Assembly (NCBI RefSeq): GCF_000150275.1
Contig: NW_002060947.1
Location: 6,339,648-6,403,647 of the forward strand
Origin: Trichoplax adhaerens
Taxonomy: Eukaryota > Animalia > Placozoa
Reading direction: 5' to 3'
DNA: 64,000 nt
In this document: positions 14,600-28,439 of the stretch, one piece after another
Numbering within the stretch: the stretch's first letter is position 1
Layout: each line of letters begins with the position of its first letter
The notes under the pieces: model-generated
Told to the model about the DNA's origin: nothing
The model's input: the letters and a program-made list of their open reading frames with translations, nothing else
Databases searched by the model: none
Made by a program: the position numbers and the translations under genes

Positions 14600-17500
14600 T
14601 TAACAAGTCGTAAATAGCATGCTATCTCGCCAAAAAGCATGCTGTAAGACGTGCATACTAGATTTAGCCATTGGCTTGGCATTAACAATAGGTGTTGATC
14701 GATCTCTTGGAAAGATGGTAGGTGCAAGAAAATGGATCTTTTGGATATTCATGCTTTCAATGTATGCTTGCAATGAACTGTAGAACATGCCTACTTCAGT
14801 TGGGCCGTAACTACCGTCAGAAAGAGTAACATGGCCACCTAATGCGATTATTCTCTGTGATTATAAAGCAAATAGTAATATAGTACGGTTAGTATTATTC
14901 GGTAAATTTGGAAAATTATGTATCTCAAGAAAATTACTTGCAAGGTAAAATAAAAATGAATAATTCTAAGCATCATAAGTCTGGAAAATCTTGATTACCC
15001 GTAAAATATGGCGCTGTGGATAAGGATCATCTAATTCGGTTGTTAGCGCTTTACTATTGATTTCAAATAATCCACCATATTCGGCAATGTATCTTATATT
15101 TCGATCGATTTTTTCCCAAATAACTTCTGTTAATTCAAAATTTTTCCTAAAGGTGTAAATTAGATCGAATTTTCCAACCACTTCTGGATGTGTTTTAGTG
15201 ACTAATTCATATTGGCAATCGAAATATTCACAAAATAACTCTTCTGTATTGCCAACAGCTTCTTCGGCTTTCGTAAAACTATCGTTGTTTATATCGATCG
15301 GAATTCCACGAATATGACGAACCATTCCTACCACGTAATCAGGATTAAAATGCTGACGAGAGTCATTAATATCTTGGATAGAATCAGCTCCAAAGTAGAA
15401 CGTTTCCATACCGACTAATAATTTAATATGCTCTTTGTAATGATGCTGCAAACGTCTAGCTTCTCTTATGTACTTTTCAAAATTTTCTTGGAGAAATTGG
15501 ACCGTTTTCTTTGCCTAAGATGATTAAAAATTTTACAACATTGATTCATGATCAGGTTTATTTCTTCAATTTTAAAGAGAGAATTAATCTAAGCCAGTAC
15601 GAATATGAACCAAAAACTATACTACACTGATTAATAATTAGTTAGACTGAATTATCTAAGCGTAATGGGATAATAGATCTTTCAGGCAGCATAAAAGCAA
15701 TACAAAAATTTTTACAGCACTAATTTATGATCAGGTGTAATTTTAAAGTTTAAAAAGACAATAATTCATCTAAGACAACACGGAAATAACACTAATGTAA
15801 AATTAAATGAGTAGATAATATTTAATATTAATACGGAATGATTTTGCAGCTCTTGATATTGATGTGTAAGACTTAATTATGTGGAGTAGCATAGCCTGGA
15901 TTATAGCTCTAAAAATAGCTGGTAAAGTTTGCGAACTACGCCAACTAGCTATTGATAGAAATATATAAGCAAAAATTATATAATAAAAATGCTCATTTAT
16001 GAGTAAGCTACTTTTAGAGTAATTATCATGAAAAATAATATGTTTCAAATATTAGCTATAATTATTATACTAATTTTAAAATGAAGATTTTCTCCTTTAA
16101 TCGCCAACTCTGCTTGGAGGTACAAGAATTGATGAAAGATCGATTACGCTATGTGCAGTTATAGCACGTTACTAATATCGAATTAAGCTCATAACCATAT
16201 CAAAAAGAAGATGGCGCTTTTTTTAGGGGTATTACATAACTAGTCAATTGTGATGCTATAATCAATGACGAGTTAATTCTGGATTTTAAGTGCATTAACT
16301 TTTGAAATCGAAATTAAGTAGCGCAAATATTCAGAAATCAATAGTTCTCGCGAACAGTGTAACAACTAATAAAAGATACCTCTTGATCAAGATACAGTAG
16401 CATGCTAAATAGGGAAGAACTTAAGTAAAGCCTTGATTAAGTTAGTGTTAAAATATATGTTTTGTTTCAGTTTTATAATTTACATCTAATATTTTGGAGG
16501 TAACGTTGTTTGTACGAGAGCCATGTTGTAGCGATCTAAGCATATTAATATTGTAAAAATTCTTCAGAGTTAATTTACAGAAGGTGCTAGTTGGACACAT
16601 TTTATCGTGTGTAGTTCAGTAGATTTACGTTACATTTGAAATTAGAGCAGATTAGTACATTTAGAAAATTCAGTAAAGCTAATCAGACTTTAAACATGTA
16701 TTATAAGTAGAGTAGGCTATGATTAGCTCAAATAACCTGATTTATAATCTAAAAGCTATCCTTAAGGCGAGTAGCTTATTTTAATCGCAAACTGGGAGTT
16801 GATCAAAATCGATTATGGAATCAGGTCAAATTTATCGATAACTAATATGTCATTGCATGACAAAAAAACTAGTATAGTAGATTACAATGAAGTAAAAACC
16901 AAGGTCATTAAACTTTAAATTATATATCACAAGTTTGGTGGACTATTACCGGTTTAAGTGGTTTAATCTATCCTGTAAAGCTATATAATGACGAATAGCC
17001 TATTGTAATAATAAACTCATGATTAAAATTGATCGAGAGATCAAATGCAAACAGATCAATAACTTGTTACTGCTGAGGAAATATTACTATCGTAGATTGT
17101 AGCGCTTTAACTATCTTAATTTGTCATCTAGAGCTTAATTCACAAACAGATAGTATATTACAGTAGCAAATCAAAGATTTATAATGAAAATTAGATATCA
17201 TTGAATGAATATTTAGACATTATATATGAGAAATTTAAATGATGATTTTACCTATCCCAAAAACTTATTTACCATCTAGAACCTACAGTAGCTTAAGAAT
17301 CCAGTAATTCATTATAGCAATAATTCCGTGATGCTCAACTTAATCATGAAAAATATCTAATTTTATCATCTAAATCTTGACTCAAAGACAGGTAGCGCAT
17401 TAGAGTAGCAAATACATGGCTTATCATGGGATTAGATGCCATTTGATGAATGATTAAACATACTATATTACATCATCAGAGAATATAAATGATGATTATA

Positions 17501-18488
17501 CTCGTTTTATAAACTCATTTTACCATCTAGAGCCTGGTTTGCGAATGAATAACTCCAGGATGCTGCAGTTAGTCACTTTAAATATCATTCGCAGCTTAAC
17601 TCAGAGATAAATAGCGTATTACCGTGACAATCTCAAGATTTATCATGATATTCAATACCATGGAACGAATAACTAGACACACTATATAGGATAAGAGAAT
17701 TAAAATGGTGATTATATTCGTTCTAAAAAACTCATTTTATCATCTAAAGCCTAAATAAAGACTATCGTTATGAGTTTCAGCAATTACTCCAAGACATTAA
17801 AAGTTAATCATGAGACCAAAACTTGAATAATCAATACGATGTCTTATATGGTAGTATAAGGAAATATCAATTTGCACACAAGATCGATTAGTTTAACAGA
17901 TAAACTACCAACTTCTACAGAATTCTTTCGATTGGCTACGTCGAGCTATGTATACGGGATTATAGATTGCTGGTACTCTGAACAAATGCTATTTTACAGT
18001 TTAATTTTTAGGACAATTAATTTATTCTTATGAATGTCACACTTAAGCGTATCCAGCGGCAACATTAAATGAAATATTTCATTGCTGGCTTGAATAATTA
18101 TAGTTGTTACATTTAGATCACATACTATGGATTGGTGTTCTACTGCCACTAGTATCATGAATAATAAAGTGCCATATAAATCAAAGTTATCAAGATTAGT
18201 TTGATATAAATCCATGCAAATTGACGCCATTTAATGCAGACAAGGTCGTTCAAAAAAGTTTAAAAATCGAAATAATCTTACGATGAAAAACTCAATATTA
18301 TTTTAGAGCAATGGCTATTTAACCTCGACTTCTTCTTTATATAACTGCTCTTCTTTATAGCGAGGCATCGATTCGCTCATGCCAAAGTAAGCATAACCAA
18401 TTTCAATGGCACGCAAAACACATGATTCTAAATGGCCTTTACCAAATTGGCAAAATTGCCCACTATGACTGTTATAAGAGAATGGCAT
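14600..18488 (-). CDS. PHP-domain histidinol-phosphatase (HIS2/HisK-like) homologue, about 311 aa, with degenerate metal ligands; exons 18488-18324, 15514-14999, 14854-14600
   Basis: Exon 1 MPFSYNSHSGQFCQFGKGHLESCVLRAIEIGYAYFGMSESMPRY matches the fungal His2 N-terminus pattern (HHSHSGQFC..H...TEHMPR). Exon 2 has Y.REARRLQ, LVGMET, DYVVGMVRH, PEVVGKFDL, EINSKAL and PYP. Exon 3 has GGHVTLSDGSYG. Both introns are phase-0 GT-AG and there are no internal stops. Confidence 0.88.
17190..17755. repeat. Three degenerate copies (about 230 bp spacing) in intron 1 of the HIS2-like gene
   Basis: aaatgatgatt.ta...aaact.att.tta.catctaga.cct occurs at about 17237, 17487 and 17703. Confidence 0.75.
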
Positions 18489-19019
18489 ATCGTTTTTCTT
18501 CTCCTATCAAGTTGATAATGTGGTCTAATTTGTACAATAGGAGCTAATACCTGCAACAAATTAACGAATTTTTTCCCAAATCGAATGGAACTGAATGGTA
18601 TAATGTTATAAGAATAGACTAAATATTGGGGGTTAATATCGCTCTCGTGATACTCCCTACTTTAATAGCCTTATAGAACTGGCTATTGTAGATGTAGCAC
18701 TATATCATCCAAATTAAAGAATTTGTATGGCCTTCAGTTTGTTACTTAGCCCAATGGCCTATCATCATTGAATCCTCTATTTTAAATTGATGGTATAACG
18801 ATCTAGCATATGTTCATGCCATATGGTCATGAATAGATCGAATTAAAGCAACACTTTACAGCTTAAGCTGTTCTACAATCCTCATCATATCTGAGACTTA
18901 TCATATCAAAATCATTCATTCTAAGTGTAGTTGAAATCTTTCAAAGGTATGTACGAATCGAGCATATAGGATTAGGTAATTAATGTAATTTTCAACCTAG
19001 AATGCGTTATTAGCAGTAA

Positions 19020-20130
19020 GTAGATATCTTCTTTTCGGCTCAAAGATGGGCTATAGCACGGATATCAGTATACACTATTCCCGTAGAGCATAACTAACAC
19101 CATTATAAAAGGTATAAAATTCATTATGGTGCTACTTCCTGGGAGTGAATGACCATTATAATATGATACATTACAGTTGATTTTCGTTTAAACTGCTATG
19201 AAGGTGTTGGCTCTATTGGACTTTATTTCATGTCGGTAGAGAATATGAACAATTCAACATCAACCCATGTCCAGTTTTCAAAATGAATTTTATAAGTTTA
19301 GCTCTAAGATTGACTAATTAATTATCTATCTATGAAAGAAACTTATAATTTGTCTCTTGTACCTGGAATGAGGAAGCAATCTACGACAATAAAGTTTTAT
19401 TAGCAAAATCAACGATCTTGATATTATTATTTTGAGATATTTTATTGCATACTAGCCGAATCTGTACACCCAGATACAAAATAAATATATAGTATGCACA
19501 CATTACAAAGTCAGATCCGAGGCTTATAACTTCTTATAAGCTGTCGATAAGCCTGTATCCGAAGAATTTAAAGGCGATATATCATACTTATTGCTCTGGA
19601 TAGTCATTGTCAATATCATTCAGAGCTATGTATAAATTGAGCCAATTGGATTGGGTGATTAGGGTTATTATCTTTAATTTAAAATAGGCTATTAACAGTG
19701 AGTGGATATTTTCTTTTCGGCTCATAGATAGGCAGGCAGAGATATCACTATAATTATTACGGTAGAACATGATAAATACCATCATAAAAATATAAAATTC
19801 ATCTTGACGCATCTTATTAGGAATAAACGGCGATTATAATGTGATAGATTGTAGTTGATTTCGTTTATACTCTGATGGAAATACTAGCTCTACTAGGGCT
19901 TTATTTTATATCGATAGAGAATATAGGGTGCATTATAATTCAATATCATCACATATCCTTTTTAAAGTGGATTTAAAAGTTGAATTGTAATATTGACTAA
20001 TCATCTATTCATGAAAGATGCATACAATTTGTCTCTTGCATCTTGCATGAGGAAGCAGTCTGCGGCAATAAAGTTTTGCAAGAAGATCAGAGATCTTAAT
20101 ATCGTTTTCGAGATATTTTATTGCATGCAG
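19020..20130. repeat. Direct duplication of about 430 bp (19020-19450 and 19686-20130)
   Basis: Shared blocks ttcttttcggctca, agttgattt.cgttta, aatttgtctcttg, atgaggaagca.tct and gagatattttattgcat. Confidence 0.85.
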
Positions 20131-23100
20131 AAAATAAAGATGATTTATCATATAAAATACTCTGCATAGTCATTGCAAATATTTCGCAAAGAGAAGCTGA
20201 AAAGTTAAGGATATTTTATTGTATGATTTATTTGGACTACAGAATGGCAATAAAAATGCCAAATTGATCAGAGTTATATTATATCGCTTAGACCATGCAA
20301 AGGATAATTTATTTTAATATTATTCTTACACATTATCTCTTAATCATTGGACTTGTGATACTTTCTTCATTATCCAAAAAACTAGGAAAATAATATATCT
20401 TGTAAAATAATATCCGCCTTAATCGTAATTTATTCTAAATCATTAGTATAAATATGCTTATAATTCTTTTATAAGTTAATCGTTTTAACCTATAAGGCTG
20501 AAGCGATAATCTTAGTAAAATGGAATCTGATATATCACGCCAAAATAAATTGCCATCAGTTCTGAACTCTACATAGAAATACGCTTAAGAGATTAATATA
20601 ATTAATTAGGAAAATGAATTGCTAGTACTTAACTCTGCTAGTAAAATAATTTAGGATCATAAGAATGAATAAGAATGATGAATTGTGAAACAAAATTTAC
20701 TATATAGTCTCAATCTAGCAAAAGTAGTTCTAATTGTCATAAGAATTCTTTAAATTATATAGTTTGTGGGAGTTTATATAAAGCTGAACATTTACAAATT
20801 ATTGTCGTCGTACTCTCGACACAAGGCATTATAAGTGCTTTCAATGCTTCCATATACATAGTTTACTTTTCTAAGCTACAGAACTTCATAAAGCAGATTT
20901 AATTTATCAATCTTGGTTGATAAAAAATACCCAGCAAAATAAAGAAATGAATAATATAATAAATTAGTACCATTCTACAGTATTTCTAATTTATCATGAT
21001 ACGAAAGAAATTATTGCCTAACCTTAACTAAAGCTGTCAGCTAACCGATATGGTACAAAGTTTAAGTTGCCTATTCTATAAACCACTTGAATTTTTTACA
21101 ACTAAATTTGCAAGCTTTCGAAAAATTAATCATATTATTGCAAGGCTGATTAATCATTAATTAATAAACAAATATGATCTGGAAGAAGTTACCGGTTTAT
21201 ATTATCGATTACAGCGTTGTGTAATTAAAATATGAGTATAGTTAATTATCTCTTATTGATGAACTATGAACCCTTTCCCGTTCATTGTCATTGCAATCAG
21301 ATAAATTTTTAACGAGCGCAAGAATGCAATTACACTGACGTAATAGGGAATGATCAAGTTTAAATTTTTTGTCCGCTACATTATCAATTTAAAGCCACTT
21401 AATATATGATTAAACTACTAGTAAATGAGCTATCGGGTGCAATTTTCGAAGGGTAATATAAAGTTGATAATTCACTCATATATTTCTTAAAAGATATTTG
21501 CATACAGTTAAAGTTTCTATAGATTATCTAAGCTGATCATATAAATATTTAAATAAAGGTTTAGAAATACTAATTAATATTCTAAATCAAGAACTGACGT
21601 AAGGAGCTTACGCGAATGCACCAATTTAATGTAATTTTCAAATTATTGTATGATAGCCATCAATTTTTATTTACTACCGATAAATTAAGCTCGTAAACAA
21701 AAGGTTTAATATTTAAAATTGTAATTTGCTTGCTGTGATGTTTCGGAAAATTGAGAGTTCGGCATTAGTCGCAATAAAGTACAATAAAATAGTTAACGGA
21801 AGAGTAATCTTTATTGAGCTAGTGTAAGAGAATAATCGTGTAAGATTATCGTGCGAGTAACGACCTGACTAGTCGAATAATTACAGTAGTGTAGAATATG
21901 TAAAGCGAGCAAGCTTACCGTGTAACTACGAGAAATAACTAATGAGATAGGCGAAAGAAGATAGCTTTCATAATGTTAAGAGCACGGCAGGAGGAAATTA
22001 CTTATAGACACGGATGATTCATAATAATAAGTTACATCTATGTAAGGATAATGCTACGGTATAATTTAGCTAGAGTCTAAGAGATTTCCACGGTGTAAAT
22101 TGTTAAATATAAGTTAAGCATATTTAGAGTTGTGTTACAGTCTAGTGGAAATTAATGTTTCACTAAAAATGGTCTATACCGTATTTAGAAGTAAACACTA
22201 CACTTGCGTTTTTACAGATGGCAGTCAAACTATTCTTAGAAATGTGGAAGCACAACTAAAGCAAAACACTTTCGGTACACTAAAGTCCACTCGTGTTTTT
22301 AAATATGTATTTACACTTTCGGTTAATGTAGATACATTATTCCTAATCTATAATCCACATCTATTATGACTAAAAAATCAAATTGTAGGGGCGTAAAATG
22401 ATTATATGAGTATATTGTAAATATTATGCCTAATCGAAAATAAGAAAATGATATATTGCAAATATCCTTCTTAAAAAAACTTCCCGTGATAAATTTGAAT
22501 GTAATTTAATCTCTCAATGCTTAAATGCAATGGAAAAGGTAATCTGTCAATCGTTAAGACCATACCCGGTCATTCCAGTTCCTAGTAGTTTATAAATAAT
22601 GGCTAATCAATTTTTACGATATCAAATAGTTTTAATTGTTATGGCAGCGCGACTTCTAACATAGTTATAGAATGTGTATATGATAAATTAAAATTATCAC
22701 CTTCGAAAGCATTTTAAAATGTTTCAATTCTTATAGTAAGAATAATAAAATAGCCACTACTAATTCTTGTGAAACGAATTATAAGCTTGCGAAGAACAAA
22801 ACGTATAAAAATTAACCTGAAATGGTAATTATTGGGTCTAATAGAAGCAATCATTTAAGATGGGAAATTAGCTATCCTATATGTAACATAGAATAATCAA
22901 CCTCAAGGAATTTGTGATAAATTAAGCTGCTGATATCAGCATGCGAAATAATAAAAAGTCTAATCGAGTTCTTAAAAGATAGGAAATGGGCTTTTGAAGA
23001 TTTGACCTGTAAATTTAGCTTCTAAGAATTTGCAGAAAATTGAGTTTGCTAAAAGTTATACGCAAAGTACCCTGAGTTCATTTTTTATAGAGTTATTAAA

Positions 23101-23874
23101 GTAGGCAATCGATTATCTGTTCATATTTGAAAGAAATAGTGCAGTTTGCAAAATGACCGACTTCGCATACGATCACGTTCAATGACATAACTAACTCGCT
23201 TAAAAGGGTAAAACAATAAACCTTGTAAAATAGTTAGCATGATTTATTGATTATTTACCTATGAAATTTAATAATAATTGTAATAATTTGGTAGCAAATT
23301 TGACATTGTATGAAATATTGAGTAATGATTACACCTTGAGAAATACTTGAATTGTTTAACTTAATTTTCTAACGTAAGTGCTCGAATTTCTATCTGCATT
23401 CGATAAGCGAATAAAGTTAAGATCTTTAGTTAACCTAAAAATTTGCGATTAAAATCGTACAGTTTTCCAGCGTCCTTCTTTGTTGCAACTACATATAATT
23501 AAACCTTCCTATACGGAAACCTACTAAGGTATACGGTATTCCTTATTCCAAACTTCGAAAATATTTTAGATTCAGTTATTATATCGTTCTTTTACAAAAA
23601 ATGCTCAAGTAAATTCTTTCCTACCAGATTTTAAAATACGTCTAAGATAAGCAAGGTTACAGTTTATGGAAGTAGATAAACGAAGTTATTCAAAGACCAT
23701 GACGTAGTGATTCCATAAATACGAACATTGATGATAGAAATTTAATCGATTTTGTACTTTAACATAATGAAATCCACAATATGATATGACTAGAAATATA
23801 TCTAGCTAATTAGCTATAATAAACAATCATATCAACGCATTCAAATAGCATACCGACTTATTGTCTGTGGACAG

Positions 23875-23924
23875 NNNNNNNNNNNNNNNNNNNNNNNNNN
23901 NNNNNNNNNNNNNNNNNNNNNNNN
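23875..23924. other. Assembly gap (50 N)
   Basis: Run of N characters. Confidence 1.
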
Positions 23925-26900
23925 CCATAATTCATGAAATTGACATTATCACAGCAATTGTAAATTATCAGAATTACCTGCAAGAAGACAGCCAAATGAG
24001 TAAACATATATTACTAGAAGTTATCTATATCCATTTTTAGCTATATTTTTTAAAATAGTGCAGATTAGCTCACAGCAATATATATTAGGTATATTTTTAA
24101 CGCATATAAATTAATATAATTGTTATATATCTGTAATGGTACATAGGATATAAAATGTGAATATGTAGATAAGATTAATTTGTATTTATCCTGATGAAAT
24201 AATCTTAAAGTACTGGCATTTAATACCAAGTAGTTATTCGAACAATCTTGACAATATTCTCTAAGGTTAAGTACGTGTGTAAACTCGTAATTCTCCACTT
24301 TTGCAATTCAATTAAAGTGAAAACACTATGCGAATAAAGCAGCGTCTATAAGAAGTAGTATCACTAAATTAACCATTATTGATAACGAATTTTGTATTAT
24401 TGTTCTTATGGAATATTGGATCTAAACAACTACTAGGATATTTGTCAGTATTTTATGTAAAAAGCCATGAATATTTGTAATTAGGTATACATTTAATTGC
24501 TTCTGGCTCAAGCTATTAATAATCCAGTCAATAAATTAGATTTATCAATAATAAATATTGACTTCATGAAAGTATGTCAGATAGAAGCCGTTCATCAGAC
24601 TTGATTAATTCATTTTGCTACCTTTTAGTGAATAGGTTATCCTGTGTGTTCGTAGAATCAATATCAATCGCCATTCTAACGACAGTACTGATTTTCTTTA
24701 TTCCTAACTTGTATTAATATTAATTGCAATGTATTTTATTTCTTACAATGCAATCAACCATTATTACTAGCATTTTATTTACATACACGTATGTCCAGTA
24801 TCAAAAATATACTACAATTACAGTATAGTTTACACCCAGTATTTCGAGCAGGATATTATGATAGTTATAATTATTCGGTGAAGTTCGTTCTATTTTTCTT
24901 ACCAACTTATTCACTACTTGATATGTGCATAATTTTTGTATTAATCAAGCTGTTTAAAACTTAGTACAATTAAGTTATAAACTCAATTTTTTCCCCAAAC
25001 TTATTAATCCATTTGAATGTAGCATGTTATTGATCATCTCTTTAAATTGGTGAGGTAGAAATCAGTGTAATTTGTATTTGTTAATCTTGGCTGTTTATAA
25101 AATTATTTATATGAGAATAATCATTATTAATATAGTTTTAATTACTGCTAAATGTTAAAAAGAAATGATTAATAAACACTTTTCATTTATGTGGCAAAGT
25201 ATAAAAAAACTTTGAAGATAAGTTTTCACTCCTAATAAAGAATACCAAAAGATTTAACAGCCTATAGATATAATATTATTAGTGAAAATTTTTATCACAA
25301 TCTCTTATTTACACTTAATTTGTTGTAGTTCAAATTGATATATAATTTTGATTACCAATACTTAATCCAAAATTTACTAGCAAAAATGCAAAATGACTTG
25401 GATCAACTTTTATGCTTCCCAAATTTACGTGCTGGTAAGGTCAGAAAATTTATTCTGAATTAGTAGTATAGCTTTTCTTCCTTATAAATGATATTAAAAT
25501 AGTGTTGAAAATCAATTGGCATCACTAAGTCTATTCATACTAGATCCTGGACTGCTTAATTAATGTATTATGGAGAGACATTCTAATTAAAAAAGGAGAT
25601 CAGACAATTCTGTTACTATGACGACACTTGTCTAGTTCTGGCAGCGCAGCTGTTTCTAATCAAAGTCTCTTTCGAAGGAAAAATCGAAGACATGTATAGA
25701 ATTCCATGGCAATAACAACATTGTTTTTTTACTTATTCTTATCAACTATCCTCTACGTATATATATATACACTAATGGAGGTATGTTGTTGGCGTGATTA
25801 TTCACTGCCATGACTATTTGCAGCCAATTATAATAGAAGCATGGAAAAGAAGAAAGACGCGGTATTTACATATTGGATGCCTACTCTTCATGTGCTATTG
25901 AATAATACTAATCATCTTATGTTAATAAGGTTATGATGTCGACAAGCAGATAATTTAAAGAGATAGTTAACCTATTTCTTTATTAAACCAACGTTGTAGT
26001 AGTAAGATTGAATTGATCCTTTCTCCTTCTTCCTCTAACATAAATATAATAGACCACAATCCTTATTGTTACTTTTTCTTTATTGATAAAAGGATCAATT
26101 TATATATTGAAGTTAATAATTTCAATTGCTTCTTTTTTTTAATTTCTCTTTAATAATGTTATCTTAGGGATATTCTGATAACGGTCTCTTTTTACTTTGA
26201 TCTATGTTGACAATTCAATATAGCGGATCTTTATTCAACACTGTTATGATTAGACTTTGATCCGCATGTTCTGTTGCCATCGCTGAAGCTAAATTTGACT
26301 TATTTCTATACGTCATTTTAAATCATTTTTCCCTATGTAAAGGTTGTGAATTCAATCTGACTCATTTTTACTTTCAATATAATATAGAGGATAAATAAAT
26401 TAATCACTGTCCTAATTATTCATATTGTATATGAAACAACAACTACATCAATACTGACTAGTTCAAGCTTTATTATCCTCATTCAATTCTGGTATACTGC
26501 TATACTATCATCAGAAATGAAATGAAAGTTTTCATCTTTCCGCTAGACTAATTTTCATGGCTTGTATTGTAGTCTTTAACAAGTATTAAATAAAGTCTTA
26601 TACTTTGAACGGTTTCTCCCGATTTATTTTCCTTTCAGCAAGTATAACAAAATTTGTTTCAATTTGGATACCATTTAAAGTTGATCTTCTTGTCATTCTT
26701 CATTGCCTGATTTCGACGATCGAGAAGGACTTGAAGGAAAGGAATGATCGAAGCGCTCGCGTGAAAACCTCCAGATACCGTGATCTATCGGCTACCTCTT
26801 CCCTGTTTTTGTTCAAACTTGATCCACAACAAACAATTTCCTTTGTATGGAATGGATTGATATTATTAATCCGCACTGATTAATAAGACGTAGTGATCCG

Positions 26901-27519
26901 ATCATTTATTATTACTCGACTTTCCCTTTTAAGCAATTGACTATAAATTCCTTTCTCCATCCATTCAAGTTTCCATTACCAAGGCTAATATTGAATTGTC
27001 ATCCCTTATTGATTTATCGTAAAGGTAAAATAGAATTAATTCATGTTAATGCGTTCTATCTTGAATATTCCTATCACTGGAAAGCTATTAAGAAAACTTT
27101 TCGGTAGTTCTCGTCGTTATGATGTTAATGCCTCAGTGCAATCTTGAAGAATATATTTAGATATTATTTATTATGTTAAAATTATAGTGCTAATCCGTTT
27201 AATGTTGAGCATTAGTATTTTTAATAGCTGGCTGGATTATATCAGGGCTTCAAGTGGAAACAGTTTATATGTTTTATACAATGTTATCCAGAGTCATCTT
27301 CATATTGTAGTTTCAGTCATGATTGAAAATCTTCTACCTTATCATTTAACAAGAATCAAAAGTGTCGTACCGGTATATCTCAACTACTTGAATTTCTATT
27401 TAAGCTAAAATCCAAGTATGCCCTGATAGTAGTATTGGGATTCCTTTTTTTACATGGAGAAAAAGTTATGATAGTATTTGCTGTAATAATAGTGTTGCCT
27501 TAGCTTAATGGTGAAAAAT

Positions 27520-27940
27520 AGATGTTAAGGTTTTATGATATTGGGATTATACTGTTAATCCATATTTGATTTTGAGTATTGGTACTATCAGTATCTGTGA
27601 TTGAATAAGCGCTTTTGCTGGAGATAGTTTTATACGTTTAGTAACTCTACTTTAATGTTTTATTATGTGGGGATCTTAGGTTTATCCATTTCATTTTTTT
27701 ACACTAGTTCTGTAAATATCGAGACCGTATGAGCGCTTTTACTGAAAATAATATATACGTTTTATAATCGTATTTTATGATTTTATAATGTTGAACACTA
27801 GTACTATGAGTATCAGCATTGCGTAAACGTTTGTATAAAAGGTAGTTTATATGTTTAGTAATCATATTTTAAGACTGTATGATGTTGAATATTAGTACTA
27901 TAAATATTGGGTTGTATAAGAGCTACTACTGGAGATTAAA
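27520..27940. repeat. Degenerate tandem repeat (about 100-120 bp unit, about 4 copies)
   Basis: Recurrent tagtactat..gtat, gagcgctttt.ctgga and tatacgtttagtaa. Confidence 0.6.
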
Positions 27941-28439
27941 TTAGGCAAGATGATGGAAATATCATGAGTAGGATAAAATCTGTCTGAGTAAACTGGTAAA
28001 GGATAATTAGATGAATAAGAGCTACGATAGACTGATGCTTTTCTCGCCTTCTTTAGTTCTATTCCAGCCATTTTCTGTCTACGTGCAGATTATATTATGG
28101 ATACTGCGTAATTATCCATTCTGGTCATCATCAGTTATGGTGTTCAAATCGTTCCTATCCAACAGCTTAGATATTGTTTGTAACAGTGGCTCCTTTTGAC
28201 ACGAGTAAATAGCCTTTATTCACGCTAATAGCGATGAGAAATTGACCATGCGTTATTGCCAATGGTTTTTCATCTTGCTTAAAGATTGTCAGAGTGTCAT
28301 GAATGGATCGATATCTTTACCGTAGAAATTGGACAACATTTTCTGTTGCTATTGAAAGGATAAAATTGATCCATCTTCTATTGGAGTTTTCTCCAAGTTA
28401 TGTAGTAATGGAAATGGGATATTGTGCTTAATAGGTTTC

